IMG/VR virus record: IMGVR_UViG_3300037502_002220
Coordinates: 32,001-96,000 of that record
Reading direction: 5' to 3' (one strand)
DNA from: a virus
DNA length: 64,000 bases
Position numbers and translations under genes: made by a program. A model generated the notes under the pieces. It did not search any database. It was not told the origin of the DNA and saw only the letters and a list, made by a program, of their open reading frames with translations. This document shows, one piece after another, positions 30,026-39,389 of the stretch. Position 1 is the first letter of the stretch. Every line of letters starts with the position of its first letter.

Positions 30026-30368
30026 GTTCTTTAAGGTATGAAGTTATTAATTTGATGAATGTTTCTTCAGTCATCGTTACATAAGTACCGTGTCTTGGTT
30101 TTCTATGAAACAAAACATTAAGTAAGTTCTTAGGCATATTACCTAATACTTCTATGTAGTTAGGTCTATTGATATAGTATTTACACTGCACACCAAAGTC
30201 ACCAGTATTTACCAGATCAATACCTTTATCATCTGCGTGCTTAGACATTAAACGAGAAGTAGCTACATTATCAAACCCTAATAGTTTAAATAGTGCAGCT
30301 ACTTTACGTTCGTACGCATGACCACTAGTTCTGTTTCTTTTACCAATACTAGCTTTATCTTTTTTCAT
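29922..30368 (-). CDS. Holliday junction resolvase-like PD-(D/E)XK nuclease
   Basis: GHAYERKVA...DDKGIDL...VQCK. Confidence 0.75.
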   Translation of the reverse strand: MKKDKASIGKRNRTSGHAYERKVAALFKLLGFDNVATSRLMSKHADDKGIDLVNTGDFGVQCKYYINRPNYIEVLGNMPKNLLNVLFHRKPRHGTYVTMTEETFIKLITSYLKEHGYEGATNQGVLQSPSDKPKSNKSRAGNSKKRKE

Positions 30369-30370
30369 AA

Positions 30371-31057
30371 TTAAAACGGTAGCGTAAACTCAAAATCTTT
30401 TTTGTATATGGCTTTGTACAAGCTAGCAAACTGTTCAAACTTATCTCTGAAGTCTCTATCTTCGTACGCAGCTCTAGCTGGATGTTCAGAAGCTATCACA
30501 TAATTGCGTAGTGGAAATACTAATGCCGATAGTTTAACAGCTTCTTGGCCCATAAAGTAAAAGATAATGTCTTGCTTGTTATCATTAAGCCATCCAATAA
30601 GTACTTTATTAAATGCACCCCATAGTTCTAAATGTGCAGTAGGATTGCTCGTAGTTGCTGTTAACGCAGTGTTCAATAATAGCACACCTTGTTGTCTCCA
30701 AAGACTAAGGTCTGATTGTAGATACTCACTAATAGGATCTTGCTTTGTAATCCTTTTAATAGAGTCTGCAATCTTTTGTAAACTCTTAGGCCACTCATGA
30801 TAACTACGACCTGTTTCTTCAACAGCAAACGCATATCCACATGCGTGATCTGTACCATCCATAAACGTACCTGGATATGGACTCAAGCCTACGATAACAG
30901 CTTTAACATCATCTACAGGCATTTCAAAGGCTCTAAATATATTAGGCCCTGGTTGTGGTTTATATGCTCCTGGTGTGAGCTGTGCCATAATATTAGGCAC
31001 AAGCTCAAACGCAGGACACTTTACCCAACTTTCATGTGCTAACTTCGGTTTTGTCAC
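30371..31057 (-). CDS. ung: Uracil-DNA glycosylase family 1 homologue with divergent active site
   Basis: IFRAF...VKAVIVGLSPY...QQGVLLLNTALT...HP. Confidence 0.75.
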   Translation of the reverse strand: MTKPKLAHESWVKCPAFELVPNIMAQLTPGAYKPQPGPNIFRAFEMPVDDVKAVIVGLSPYPGTFMDGTDHACGYAFAVEETGRSYHEWPKSLQKIADSIKRITKQDPISEYLQSDLSLWRQQGVLLLNTALTATTSNPTAHLELWGAFNKVLIGWLNDNKQDIIFYFMGQEAVKLSALVFPLRNYVIASEHPARAAYEDRDFRDKFEQFASLYKAIYKKDFEFTLPF

Positions 31058-31290
31058 AGTCTTGGTTGTTTTAGATACTGAAGCTTAACACGTTTAGGAT
31101 CTGCTACTCTAGATATGGTATCACCAAAGTGTTTAGCTTCTTCAAAATTATCAAACTCAAATTGCATTTCGTACATTGTGTTCAGCGTTAAAAAATCTTT
31201 TAAGCTCTCAGATTCTAATATAGTTTGTTTAAACTTAACTAAATCTTGTGAGCTTTTAAATTTCATGAACACAGGGTAGCTAAACTTCAT
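31054..31290 (-). CDS. Hypothetical protein
   Basis: 78 aa, coupled to neighbours. Confidence 0.6.
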   Translation of the reverse strand: MKFSYPVFMKFKSSQDLVKFKQTILESESLKDFLTLNTMYEMQFEFDNFEEAKHFGDTISRVADPKRVKLQYLKQPRL

Positions 31291-31547
31291 GGTTTAGGCA
31301 TTAGTGTAGTGTACAAAGCTTTTTCTACGTCACTAGGAATATACACAGGTTCACCGTTATTCAACTTGATTGTAGTTACGTCAGATAACTGTGCACCAAA
31401 ATCACTAGCATCTACTTCTGGAAACTTATCTAGAAGCATTCTAATTTCGTGAGGTGTATATCCTTCTTTGTTAGCTCTGTAAAATTTAGAAGTCTCTGAT
31501 TCTACTTTTTCAATTACTTCAAATACTTTTTCTTTTAATGAATCCAT
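31287..31547 (-). CDS. Hypothetical protein
   Basis: 86 aa, coupled to neighbour. Confidence 0.6.
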   Translation of the reverse strand: MDSLKEKVFEVIEKVESETSKFYRANKEGYTPHEIRMLLDKFPEVDASDFGAQLSDVTTIKLNNGEPVYIPSDVEKALYTTLMPKP

Positions 31548-31640
31548 AGTTCAATGATTGTAGTTATTAAAATACCTATACTAATTGCCATCAGTATAGT
31601 GATAATAGCTATAATAATTAGCAGTAAATACAGTCAGCGT

Positions 31641-33275
31641 TTATTCATAGCCCATTGCTTCCGATACTACAGGGAATCTTTTTTTAAATAGTTCACGAAT
31701 TTCATTAGCTACTTGACGATGTTCTAACTGTGTATGTGGATCCATGCGTACAGGAAGATAGTGCATCCAAGAACGCACAGAACCTTTCATATACATTGTA
31801 GTACTGGTAGCTAACGGTAATATACTTCTTGCAGTTTCTCTAGATACACCAGCGTCTAACAACGCTTCATACACATCAAAAGTAAGATCTGTAACCATAG
31901 CTACAAGTTCATCAGCTTCGTACTGTTGATCGTGTAATGTTACAATAGGATTAAATTCTTCTTCAGAAGATTGTCTATTGTTCTTAGCTTGCCTGCGTAT
32001 AGAGATAGGCTCTATACCTTGTGCATTTGCATATCTTTGTGAATTATGAGTTATAATATTGTTGGCTACATAATTGTGACTTTTATGGTTTACTTCTAAA
32101 TCATAGGTCATCTCTTCTCCTACATATTCTATTGAAACTATGTGAGAATAACCTATTGTTTTTCTACTCTCTATTGATTCTTTTACACTTTTAAGCTTAT
32201 GTTCTTCTTTTGTTAACAACTGTAAGTTGTTTATATCAAAAGCTAATTCTGGGTACAAATAAACAGGTAAAATATGGTCTACTTCATATAAGTGAAGATC
32301 TTTAAAATTAATATTTTGTCTTACAGCCAAAAGCGCTTTGTGTTTTATACACTCATTTGCAACTTGTTTTCTCCAAGATATAGTATTACCTGTATACAAA
32401 TTAGAATCAGAACCTTTTCTAGAAGCTTTTCTCAAGTTTAATCTTAACTCAAGATTAAACTTTTTACCAAAATTAGGTTGCAATTCAGTAGGTAATCCTT
32501 TATTCCAGGCTTCTGTATACAAGCTTGTTTCACTTTTAGTAAACTGCAAAGAGTGTATCTTTAACCACTTTCTAATTGTGTGATAAGAAACATTAGCTTT
32601 ATCTGCAATATACTGCACTCCATTTCTACTTAGCGATTCTTCTTTAGCTTTAGCTAGCCAGTCTTTATCTTGATAACAAGCTATTCCGTTAACGGCTATG
32701 TAATTACCTACAGCTAAATCACTTAGTTTTTTAAATCCTTCTTTGGTTAAAAACTTGTGGTCTAATGTAGACTTAATATTTTTACCGTTTGCTAAAGTAA
32801 CTTTGTAAACAGGTTTTACTCCTGTCTGAAATACTTCTTTTATTTCTACACTCTTAAATGTTTTTGAATCTTCGTCGTATACTTTCACTCTCGGTGCTCC
32901 GAATCTGTTCCAATAAGAACTCTTGTATCGTTTATACAAGCTTTCTATTGTTACTTTTTTACATTTACGAGCGTCAGGATAAAATAATGTTATCAGACTA
33001 TCTCCTGATATACAAAATTCTTGAAAAAAGAACGAACGATGCCTAAGAATTTGTGCAGCTACATATCTACTGGTTGTAATCTCAACAGTGTAATCTACCA
33101 TCTCAAAAGGAGACCAGTGTTTATGTTTTACAAGATACTGTAACAGCTTAGGTGCAGTATCTAGATTAAGTTGATTCTCTGGATTACTGACCCTAGCTTC
33201 ATACACAATTAGATCTTCTGCTTTATCAATACCTTTTACTAGAGGCATTGTAATAGATACTTCAGATACTTTCAT
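31641..33275 (-). CDS. thyX: Flavin-dependent thymidylate synthase interrupted by an intein
   Basis: HWSPFE, QILRHRSF..QEF|SQRY, RETARSILP, RSWMHY, TQLEHR. Confidence 0.92.
   Translation of the reverse strand: MKVSEVSITMPLVKGIDKAEDLIVYEARVSNPENQLNLDTAPKLLQYLVKHKHWSPFEMVDYTVEITTSRYVAAQILRHRSFFFQEFCISGDSLITLFYPDARKCKKVTIESLYKRYKSSYWNRFGAPRVKVYDEDSKTFKSVEIKEVFQTGVKPVYKVTLANGKNIKSTLDHKFLTKEGFKKLSDLAVGNYIAVNGIACYQDKDWLAKAKEESLSRNGVQYIADKANVSYHTIRKWLKIHSLQFTKSETSLYTEAWNKGLPTELQPNFGKKFNLELRLNLRKASRKGSDSNLYTGNTISWRKQVANECIKHKALLAVRQNINFKDLHLYEVDHILPVYLYPELAFDINNLQLLTKEEHKLKSVKESIESRKTIGYSHIVSIEYVGEEMTYDLEVNHKSHNYVANNIITHNSQRYANAQGIEPISIRRQAKNNRQSSEEEFNPIVTLHDQQYEADELVAMVTDLTFDVYEALLDAGVSRETARSILPLATSTTMYMKGSVRSWMHYLPVRMDPHTQLEHRQVANEIRELFKKRFPVVSEAMGYE
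32043..33014 (-). mobile_element. Intein (324 aa) carrying an HNH homing endonuclease
   Basis: Starts Cys (CISGDS), TLDHKF block B, ends TYDLEV...IITHN before Ser; EVDHILP...NLQLL...H HNH motif. Confidence 0.9.
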
Positions 33276-33280
33276 GATGT

Positions 33281-33520
33281 TTACATTAGTGATAAGATAA
33301 ATTCATAAGCTTGTGCTAACTTCTCTACTTGCGTAGGTTTTTTAGAAGTCTCCACAATGCGTGTAAATATAAGATTGAGATTCTTAATGTGCAAAGAATC
33401 ATCAACACTTAAATTAGGAATTTCGTGTTCGCTGTAATGTGTTAGGTACATCGACATTATTCTCATCCGATGTATCTTCGGTAACCTTTGAAAGTTTTCT
33501 GACAAATCTACGATGTTCAT
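33281..33520 (-). CDS. Hypothetical protein (start MNIVDL)
   Basis: ORF with A-rich upstream region. Confidence 0.5.
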   Translation of the reverse strand: MNIVDLSENFQRLPKIHRMRIMSMYLTHYSEHEIPNLSVDDSLHIKNLNLIFTRIVETSKKPTQVEKLAQAYEFILSLM

Positions 33521-33603
33521 TTTTTGGATTTTTAGGACAATAATATAAATCATCTACGGTTTTACAACCATCTTCCTGACCACATACGGGACATATACTA
33601 AAA

Positions 33604-33819
33604 TTAGATTGATTCATTCTCTAAATTTTTTATGTGTCTATCTAAGTACCACTGTGCTTTTTTAAGGTCTTCTACAGTTTTGTTTTTATCCTTAAGTCCA
33701 GCACGTAATATGTACTTAAGTACATTACCTAGATGAAAACCTAATTTTTTAGCTTCAATAATTTTAATAGGTTCATACGGATCTGTAGCACCTCCGTAGT
33801 GTTCAGGATGATCTATCAT
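33604..33819 (-). CDS. DUF3310 protein (putative nucleotide kinase family)
   Basis: HPEHY...GFHLGNVLKYILRAG...EDLKKAQWYL. Confidence 0.85.
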   Translation of the reverse strand: MIDHPEHYGGATDPYEPIKIIEAKKLGFHLGNVLKYILRAGLKDKNKTVEDLKKAQWYLDRHIKNLENESI

Positions 33820-34790
33820 TGTAATGATGTTATTAACATGTTTTTGGCAATATTACCAAATCCTGCAACAACTAGATCATCTGTATCTTTTCCTAATTGC
33901 TCAGGATAAAATAATTTCTTACTGTTAGGAATTATAGAACTTAACCTTTTAGCACCTTCTACACCAGCTTGATCGTTATCATATACAATAATCTTCTTGT
34001 TGTACTTATCTAAGAAACTAAGATCTGATGGTATAGTACCTTCACTTTGAAAAGCATAAGTATCGTACCCTGTAAGCTTGTTAATAAGCAAGCCATCTTT
34101 GTAAGACTTAGTTACTACACAACTACTAGTACCAGTTTCCCATTTCCACACATCATTTTTGATAGCAGTAGATAATGGAAAGCGCTTATCTTTTTCATTA
34201 TAAGGACAGTACATCTTAAACCTTAGTGTATCTTGAAACGTAAGTGCATAGCATGGATATGTTTTAGGGTAATATGCTTTACCATCTACCCAATATCTAT
34301 ACACAGAATAACACGGTTGCTTAGATTGTAGCAACTCAGGATAAGATACTTCTCTTTTAGACCAGTAATCTACATCAGATAATGTATATGTTACTTCACC
34401 GTTGTCCATATATGCTTCGTAATACACATCTTTTTTAGTATCTGTTTGCGTGACAACAAACTGTGTTACTTTAAACATAGGTCTGTTAACACTTATTGGT
34501 ACTTGATAGTATACAAAGTTAGCTAAAAGTTGCTCAGCTTCGTTAAATTGTATACCTTTGAGATGTGCAAGTGCATGTATTACGGTATATTTATTATACT
34601 CTTGGAAAGCCCAATCTGTAAATAACATAAGACCGTTGTACATACGCAGATAACAATTAGCTTTAGTATCTGCTCTAAATGGACTAGTGATTAATTGGTT
34701 AGGTTCTATATCTTGACCTAATACCATAGACCACAATACACGCTGATCTACATTGCGTAAGTTAAACTTGGTGTTCGTAATTCCATACAT
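33816..34790 (-). CDS. DNA primase (TOPRIM)
   Basis: SPFRAD, TKSYKD, YDNDQAG, KDTDD. Confidence 0.8.
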   Translation of the reverse strand: MYGITNTKFNLRNVDQRVLWSMVLGQDIEPNQLITSPFRADTKANCYLRMYNGLMLFTDWAFQEYNKYTVIHALAHLKGIQFNEAEQLLANFVYYQVPISVNRPMFKVTQFVVTQTDTKKDVYYEAYMDNGEVTYTLSDVDYWSKREVSYPELLQSKQPCYSVYRYWVDGKAYYPKTYPCYALTFQDTLRFKMYCPYNEKDKRFPLSTAIKNDVWKWETGTSSCVVTKSYKDGLLINKLTGYDTYAFQSEGTIPSDLSFLDKYNKKIIVYDNDQAGVEGAKRLSSIIPNSKKLFYPEQLGKDTDDLVVAGFGNIAKNMLITSLQ

Positions 34791-34813
34791 GACGGTTTTG
34801 TTTAAAAAGAGAA

Positions 34814-34836
34814 GGAGGTACTCGTAAGGTACCTCC
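34814..34836 (-). terminator. Hairpin/terminator downstream of putative SSB
   Basis: ggaggtac/gtacctcc stem followed by U-rich tract on -. Confidence 0.55.
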
Positions 34837-34855
34837 TCTCAGATATAAAGGAAAC

Positions 34856-35509
34856 TCAGAAATCACTTTCTCCTTTAGTCACAGGTGCTGGTGCATTAGG
34901 ATTATCCTTAGTCCAGCGTGCTGACTTCATGTACTTAGTATCTGGATCTCCAATCTTCTTAGGGTTGAGAACCGTACAGAAGAAATCTCCAACTACGTAC
35001 ATCTCATCAGGTACTTCCATGTACTGTGAGTTAGCTTTGTACCCTACTGCGATCGTAGCTTCTACAGTGTTGTACGATGCTGGTAACATGGACTTAGCCA
35101 TGATTACAAACTGATCAAAGCTAGGCTCGTGTACACCAGGTACAAAGTTATTAGCTTGTACCCACTGGTTCATCTTCTCAATCCACACACTTTCGGTAAC
35201 AAAGCCAGTGACGATGTGCTTGATGTAAGAACTAAGATCTTTCATCTTAGCACCTACAATCTCGTCAATAGAACGCGTAGTACCATCTTTCTTCTTGAAC
35301 CTTTCTGGATATTTATCCAGGTCAGAAGCAAGTTTTGCTTTATCGATAGGAAACTTGCGCACACCAAGCTCTTGACCTGTTTCAAGTCTAAAGCTAATAT
35401 CTAGCGCAGGACCCTTGTACTTATCTGTTGTCACAATAGACAACTCAAATTTCTCCAGCGTGCACTTCTGTACACCAGCTTTCATTGATGGAGCGGTTTC
35501 TCCGTACAT
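34856..35509 (-). CDS. Putative single-stranded DNA-binding protein
   Basis: Between AAA_24 ATPase and primase; Pro-rich tail ending ESDF; inferred from context. Confidence 0.45.
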   Translation of the reverse strand: MYGETAPSMKAGVQKCTLEKFELSIVTTDKYKGPALDISFRLETGQELGVRKFPIDKAKLASDLDKYPERFKKKDGTTRSIDEIVGAKMKDLSSYIKHIVTGFVTESVWIEKMNQWVQANNFVPGVHEPSFDQFVIMAKSMLPASYNTVEATIAVGYKANSQYMEVPDEMYVVGDFFCTVLNPKKIGDPDTKYMKSARWTKDNPNAPAPVTKGESDF

Positions 35510-35520
35510 AACGAAAATAT

Positions 35521-36288
35521 TTATTGGTTAATAAAATCAGTGCTTACACCAAAGTACTCACAGATAATCCTCAATGCTTCACCAGCATCGTTAGGTAGCG
35601 TACCTTCGCTAGGGAACATACCATAAGGTGCTCTTGCGGGAGTATCACCTAGTGGCTTAGTTCTAAAAAGGTACTTAGGCTGCTGTGTAACAGGATCTGT
35701 TTGTACATCAGTTACTAAGATGATATCCCACAGTGATGCCAAAGGTACATTCTTTTTCAACATTTGACCAGCGCAAGAGATCTCATGTTTAGTACGTACC
35801 ATGTAACCATCCATGATCTCGGTTGCTGTCAGGTGAAAGTTAAAAACAATAAATAAGTCATCACGGTTCAAAGCAGGGTTAGCAGTAATCTTATCTAAGG
35901 CATCAAACATTTTGTAAGTGTTAACACCTAAATCAGCCCAATCTTGGCGTTCAAGTTTAGACTTCTGCATTACTGTTTTACCCATCGTAAAGTTAGCATC
36001 GTCAACGATAATAACTTTAATATCAGGTCTTTTTTCTGCTACATACAAGAGTACGTCAGCAATCTTTTCTGGATCTATGGTAGCTAAATACCTACCACCT
36101 TCCATAATCTTTTTGTCAGCGTTGAATACCTTACGCCAATTAGGTACAGGAATAAGTTTACCTGGGCCAGCGCAAGTAATATACAACGTTTTATCCACAG
36201 GTAAACCTTTTATTCCTAATTCTTCATTAGGAAATAATGACGTGGTTTTACCTGAACCTGGATAACCAGCAATTACAAATGATACCAT
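35521..36288 (-). CDS. AAA_24 family P-loop ATPase (Sak4-like)
   Basis: GYPGSGKTT Walker A, IIVDD Walker B, PYGMF...PND tail. Confidence 0.8.
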   Translation of the reverse strand: MVSFVIAGYPGSGKTTSLFPNEELGIKGLPVDKTLYITCAGPGKLIPVPNWRKVFNADKKIMEGGRYLATIDPEKIADVLLYVAEKRPDIKVIIVDDANFTMGKTVMQKSKLERQDWADLGVNTYKMFDALDKITANPALNRDDLFIVFNFHLTATEIMDGYMVRTKHEISCAGQMLKKNVPLASLWDIILVTDVQTDPVTQQPKYLFRTKPLGDTPARAPYGMFPSEGTLPNDAGEALRIICEYFGVSTDFINQ

Positions 36289-36300
36289 AATTAATCAGTT

Positions 36301-37362
36301 TTAAATTTCGTAAAAATGCGAACCACCAACAAATCCTAAACGCATATCGGCGTTATCACCATAACGATTCTCTACAATGTGTGCAGATCTGTACTTAGAT
36401 AAACCAGCTTGATTAAATGCTACAAAGTCATAGCCCATATGCTTAGTTAATCTGTAGCTAGGATCTGCTGGATCCATCATAGTAATCATTACGGAACAAT
36501 CTTCGGAGATATTACCAGTGTCTTTAATTGAATCTGACGTTGGCTTTATTTTATCACCGTAGAATTTAAGACTATCGACATTCACCCATCTGTTAAGGTG
36601 AATAACGCCTATGTTTACATGACCAAATATTCTAGCAGATTCTACTAAATACGCAGACATAGCATCTACATTATCTTTCATGTTATAACCACGTTCACGA
36701 TGAAGTTGACGCATGTGATCCACGATATTAATTACAATCTTGTTAGGATTATTTGGCTTGTAACCTACAATACGTTCTACTATTCTACTCCCAGTATCAT
36801 CTTGTATGTTAAACTGTTGCGTAATAAAAGTACCATTATCTTTAGCGTTTTGTTTAAAGTATTTATTTAAACCAGTAGGGTTATCTCTACCTAACCAGTT
36901 TATTTTACCTTTATGTAACAACACACCATCTTCTGAATATTCACCAGATATAGGTACTACATAGTCTTTGTAAACACGTTCAATAATGCGGTAGTGATCT
37001 TCACTAAGTTTTATCCTAGAACCATCTGGATTTAACTTCCTACCTAGAATATAATCAGTACCTAGTACTATTCTATGGTCTAGATAAATCTTTCTTGAAA
37101 TCATTTTAGCTTCGATATCTTGTCTAGGCATCTCTGTAGATACAAAGTTAAACTCGATATCTAAGTCTGGATTGAGTTCAATTAGCGAATTAACAAAAAA
37201 CTCTGTAACAAATGTAGACTTACCTACTTTTTGTTCTGAAGCAATGGCTATGTACATTCCTGGATGTATACCATTCATGTGCATATTCATGGTTTTAGAT
37301 GCTGTTCTAGCACCATTAATCTCACCACGCATTGCTTTTTGAATATAAAATAGTAAGCTCAT
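36301..37362 (-). CDS. Replicative SF4 (DnaB-like) helicase
   Basis: SEQKVGKST, STEM, IVDH, HLNR, IKDTGNISED, ENRYG. Confidence 0.85.
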   Translation of the reverse strand: MSLLFYIQKAMRGEINGARTASKTMNMHMNGIHPGMYIAIASEQKVGKSTFVTEFFVNSLIELNPDLDIEFNFVSTEMPRQDIEAKMISRKIYLDHRIVLGTDYILGRKLNPDGSRIKLSEDHYRIIERVYKDYVVPISGEYSEDGVLLHKGKINWLGRDNPTGLNKYFKQNAKDNGTFITQQFNIQDDTGSRIVERIVGYKPNNPNKIVINIVDHMRQLHRERGYNMKDNVDAMSAYLVESARIFGHVNIGVIHLNRWVNVDSLKFYGDKIKPTSDSIKDTGNISEDCSVMITMMDPADPSYRLTKHMGYDFVAFNQAGLSKYRSAHIVENRYGDNADMRLGFVGGSHFYEI

Positions 37363-37877
37363 TAGGCAATCTTGTATGCTATGCTAGCGTCATTCTTTAG
37401 AAATGATTTTAATGACTTAGCTTTAGCAGTTTGTTGATAATAAGTAGCTGTGGCTTTTACTAGTTTTTCTAGGTTAAAGTCATCCGTAGACATCTTAAAC
37501 CTAGCGAACAACAATCTAGTTTCTTCATCGCTGGTAAGTACAGTGTAATCTTGCAGGTTGTAACTAAATCCTTGTAGTTGCATACCTGCGTCAATAAGAC
37601 CTTGTAGGAAGTTATCAAAGTCTTTATCATTAGGTACATCAACGTACAGTGGATAACGTAATGTTACATTACCATCTTCGTCAGCAATACAGAAGTTAAT
37701 TCTGAACAGATGTTCATTCTCAGTAGTCAGCAAATCTTTGTCGATAAGCTCTTCAAGTAGTCCATGTGTAGGGTGTGCAATCGCAAAACAAAAGAATAAA
37801 GCACTAGCTTTATCTATTGTTACTTCGTCGATTACGTCAAGCAGTTTCTGATTAATCGGTAAAATCTCCATATTCAA
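37362..37877 (-). CDS. Hypothetical protein
   Basis: 171 aa between the two helicases. Confidence 0.65.
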   Translation of the reverse strand: MNMEILPINQKLLDVIDEVTIDKASALFFCFAIAHPTHGLLEELIDKDLLTTENEHLFRINFCIADEDGNVTLRYPLYVDVPNDKDFDNFLQGLIDAGMQLQGFSYNLQDYTVLTSDEETRLLFARFKMSTDDFNLEKLVKATATYYQQTAKAKSLKSFLKNDASIAYKIA

Positions 37878-39072
37878 AGTTGTTTAATTCTGCGATGTGC
37901 ATAATCCTAGTCTTTTCTTCATAACCTTCAATAAACTTTTGAAAGTTTACGTGGTCTTTAGTTACAGGTACGTATAGAACATAGACCACTGGGTTAACAC
38001 CTCTAGTAGATCTACCTCTTCTCTGAATGTTCTGAATATCTACACCACTCAACGATAGTATTACTACAGCATCGATATCTGCTAGGTTAATACCTTCGTT
38101 TAGCATACGTACAGTATTCAGTACTTTAATCTGTTTCGTATTGAACTTGAAAATAGCTTTTTCAACTTCTTCTTTAGGCATCTTAGAGTGAATACAAGTA
38201 CCTTCAAGACCTTGTATTTGTTCAATAGTCTCAGCAAATACTACGTATCGCTTACCTTTAAGATGTTGCTGTATGTATTGCATGTACTTAGCTTTGTGAT
38301 CAGCTAGTATTCTCTTACGAAGTGCACCAAGTGGTAACCACCGAGTATCTTTTACCCACTGTTGTTTACAGTGATAGTAATAGTTCTTCCAGTAGTCCAT
38401 CTCTGATGATACTACGTTTAGATACTCTTCAAAAGTACAACCTTGTACAAAGAAATCCGTGTTTATAAAACGCTTGCGACGCTCGTAGTCTCTGTATGGA
38501 ATCTCATCGCTACCACGATTCATTCTCTTAACAGGTACGCTGTAAAGTGCTGTATCTAAGTCTACGGGTACTTCTAAACCTACTATTTTCATAGGTGGGA
38601 TAATACCATTCTTCATACCTTCTGTAAGCGTAATGCGCCATGATTTTACATAGCCTGTAACTTCTTTAAGTAAAGCTCTACGCTCTGGTGTAATAGAAGC
38701 AGATAGACAAATACAGTACTCAAACTTAATCTTACGTAAGTCTTTAGCTGCATCTGGTGTTAGCCTGTGACATTCGTCTAAGATTACACCTTTGAAACTA
38801 ATACCTGCGTACTTGGATAATGAACGGTAGTTAACAAACACAAAAGAAGGTTTTAAGTTAAACTTTTTACACTCTTCTTTAATGTTTTTTTCTTGAACGT
38901 TTTGAGACATTACCCATAGCCAACTACCTCCAATCTTTTTAGCAGCTTTGATAGCAGGTAGTGTTTTACCAACGCCTGTTTCCCAGTTTAAGAATATTCG
39001 CTTAAAGGTTTCAATAGCCTCTACAGCTTTATCCTGTATTTGGTTGAGATAGTCAAGGTTTTTTGTAAACAT
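37852..39072 (-). CDS. SF2 helicase
   Basis: TGVGKT, ILDECH, LSAS, LNEGINL, QRRGR. Confidence 0.9.
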   Translation of the reverse strand: MFTKNLDYLNQIQDKAVEAIETFKRIFLNWETGVGKTLPAIKAAKKIGGSWLWVMSQNVQEKNIKEECKKFNLKPSFVFVNYRSLSKYAGISFKGVILDECHRLTPDAAKDLRKIKFEYCICLSASITPERRALLKEVTGYVKSWRITLTEGMKNGIIPPMKIVGLEVPVDLDTALYSVPVKRMNRGSDEIPYRDYERRKRFINTDFFVQGCTFEEYLNVVSSEMDYWKNYYYHCKQQWVKDTRWLPLGALRKRILADHKAKYMQYIQQHLKGKRYVVFAETIEQIQGLEGTCIHSKMPKEEVEKAIFKFNTKQIKVLNTVRMLNEGINLADIDAVVILSLSGVDIQNIQRRGRSTRGVNPVVYVLYVPVTKDHVNFQKFIEGYEEKTRIMHIAELNNFEYGDFTD

Positions 39073-39389
39073 TAGTTGTCATGATTTTCTTTATAAAATA
39101 CGTACATCTGTTCTCCATCTTCATCGTACACAAAACAATGCAATAGATCTGAATATCTAAGATCTTCTACTCTTTGTATAGGATCGTTAGTATAAAAACC
39201 TTCTTGACCAGGAATATAAAAAGCAATAATACCATTTTCGATAAATTGCTCTATACTATCTTCGTCATCAGGATCTTCTACTACGTCTAATACTATTTCA
39301 AAGTCATCTTGATCAAGTACCCATACTAGCAACACACTATCTGGGTACTTATCAGCTAATGCTTTAAGTTCCATGTACATGAAGTTCAT
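39072..39389 (-). CDS. Acidic hypothetical protein
   Basis: 105 aa, coupled to neighbours. Confidence 0.6.
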   Translation of the reverse strand: MNFMYMELKALADKYPDSVLLVWVLDQDDFEIVLDVVEDPDDEDSIEQFIENGIIAFYIPGQEGFYTNDPIQRVEDLRYSDLLHCFVYDEDGEQMYVFYKENHDN

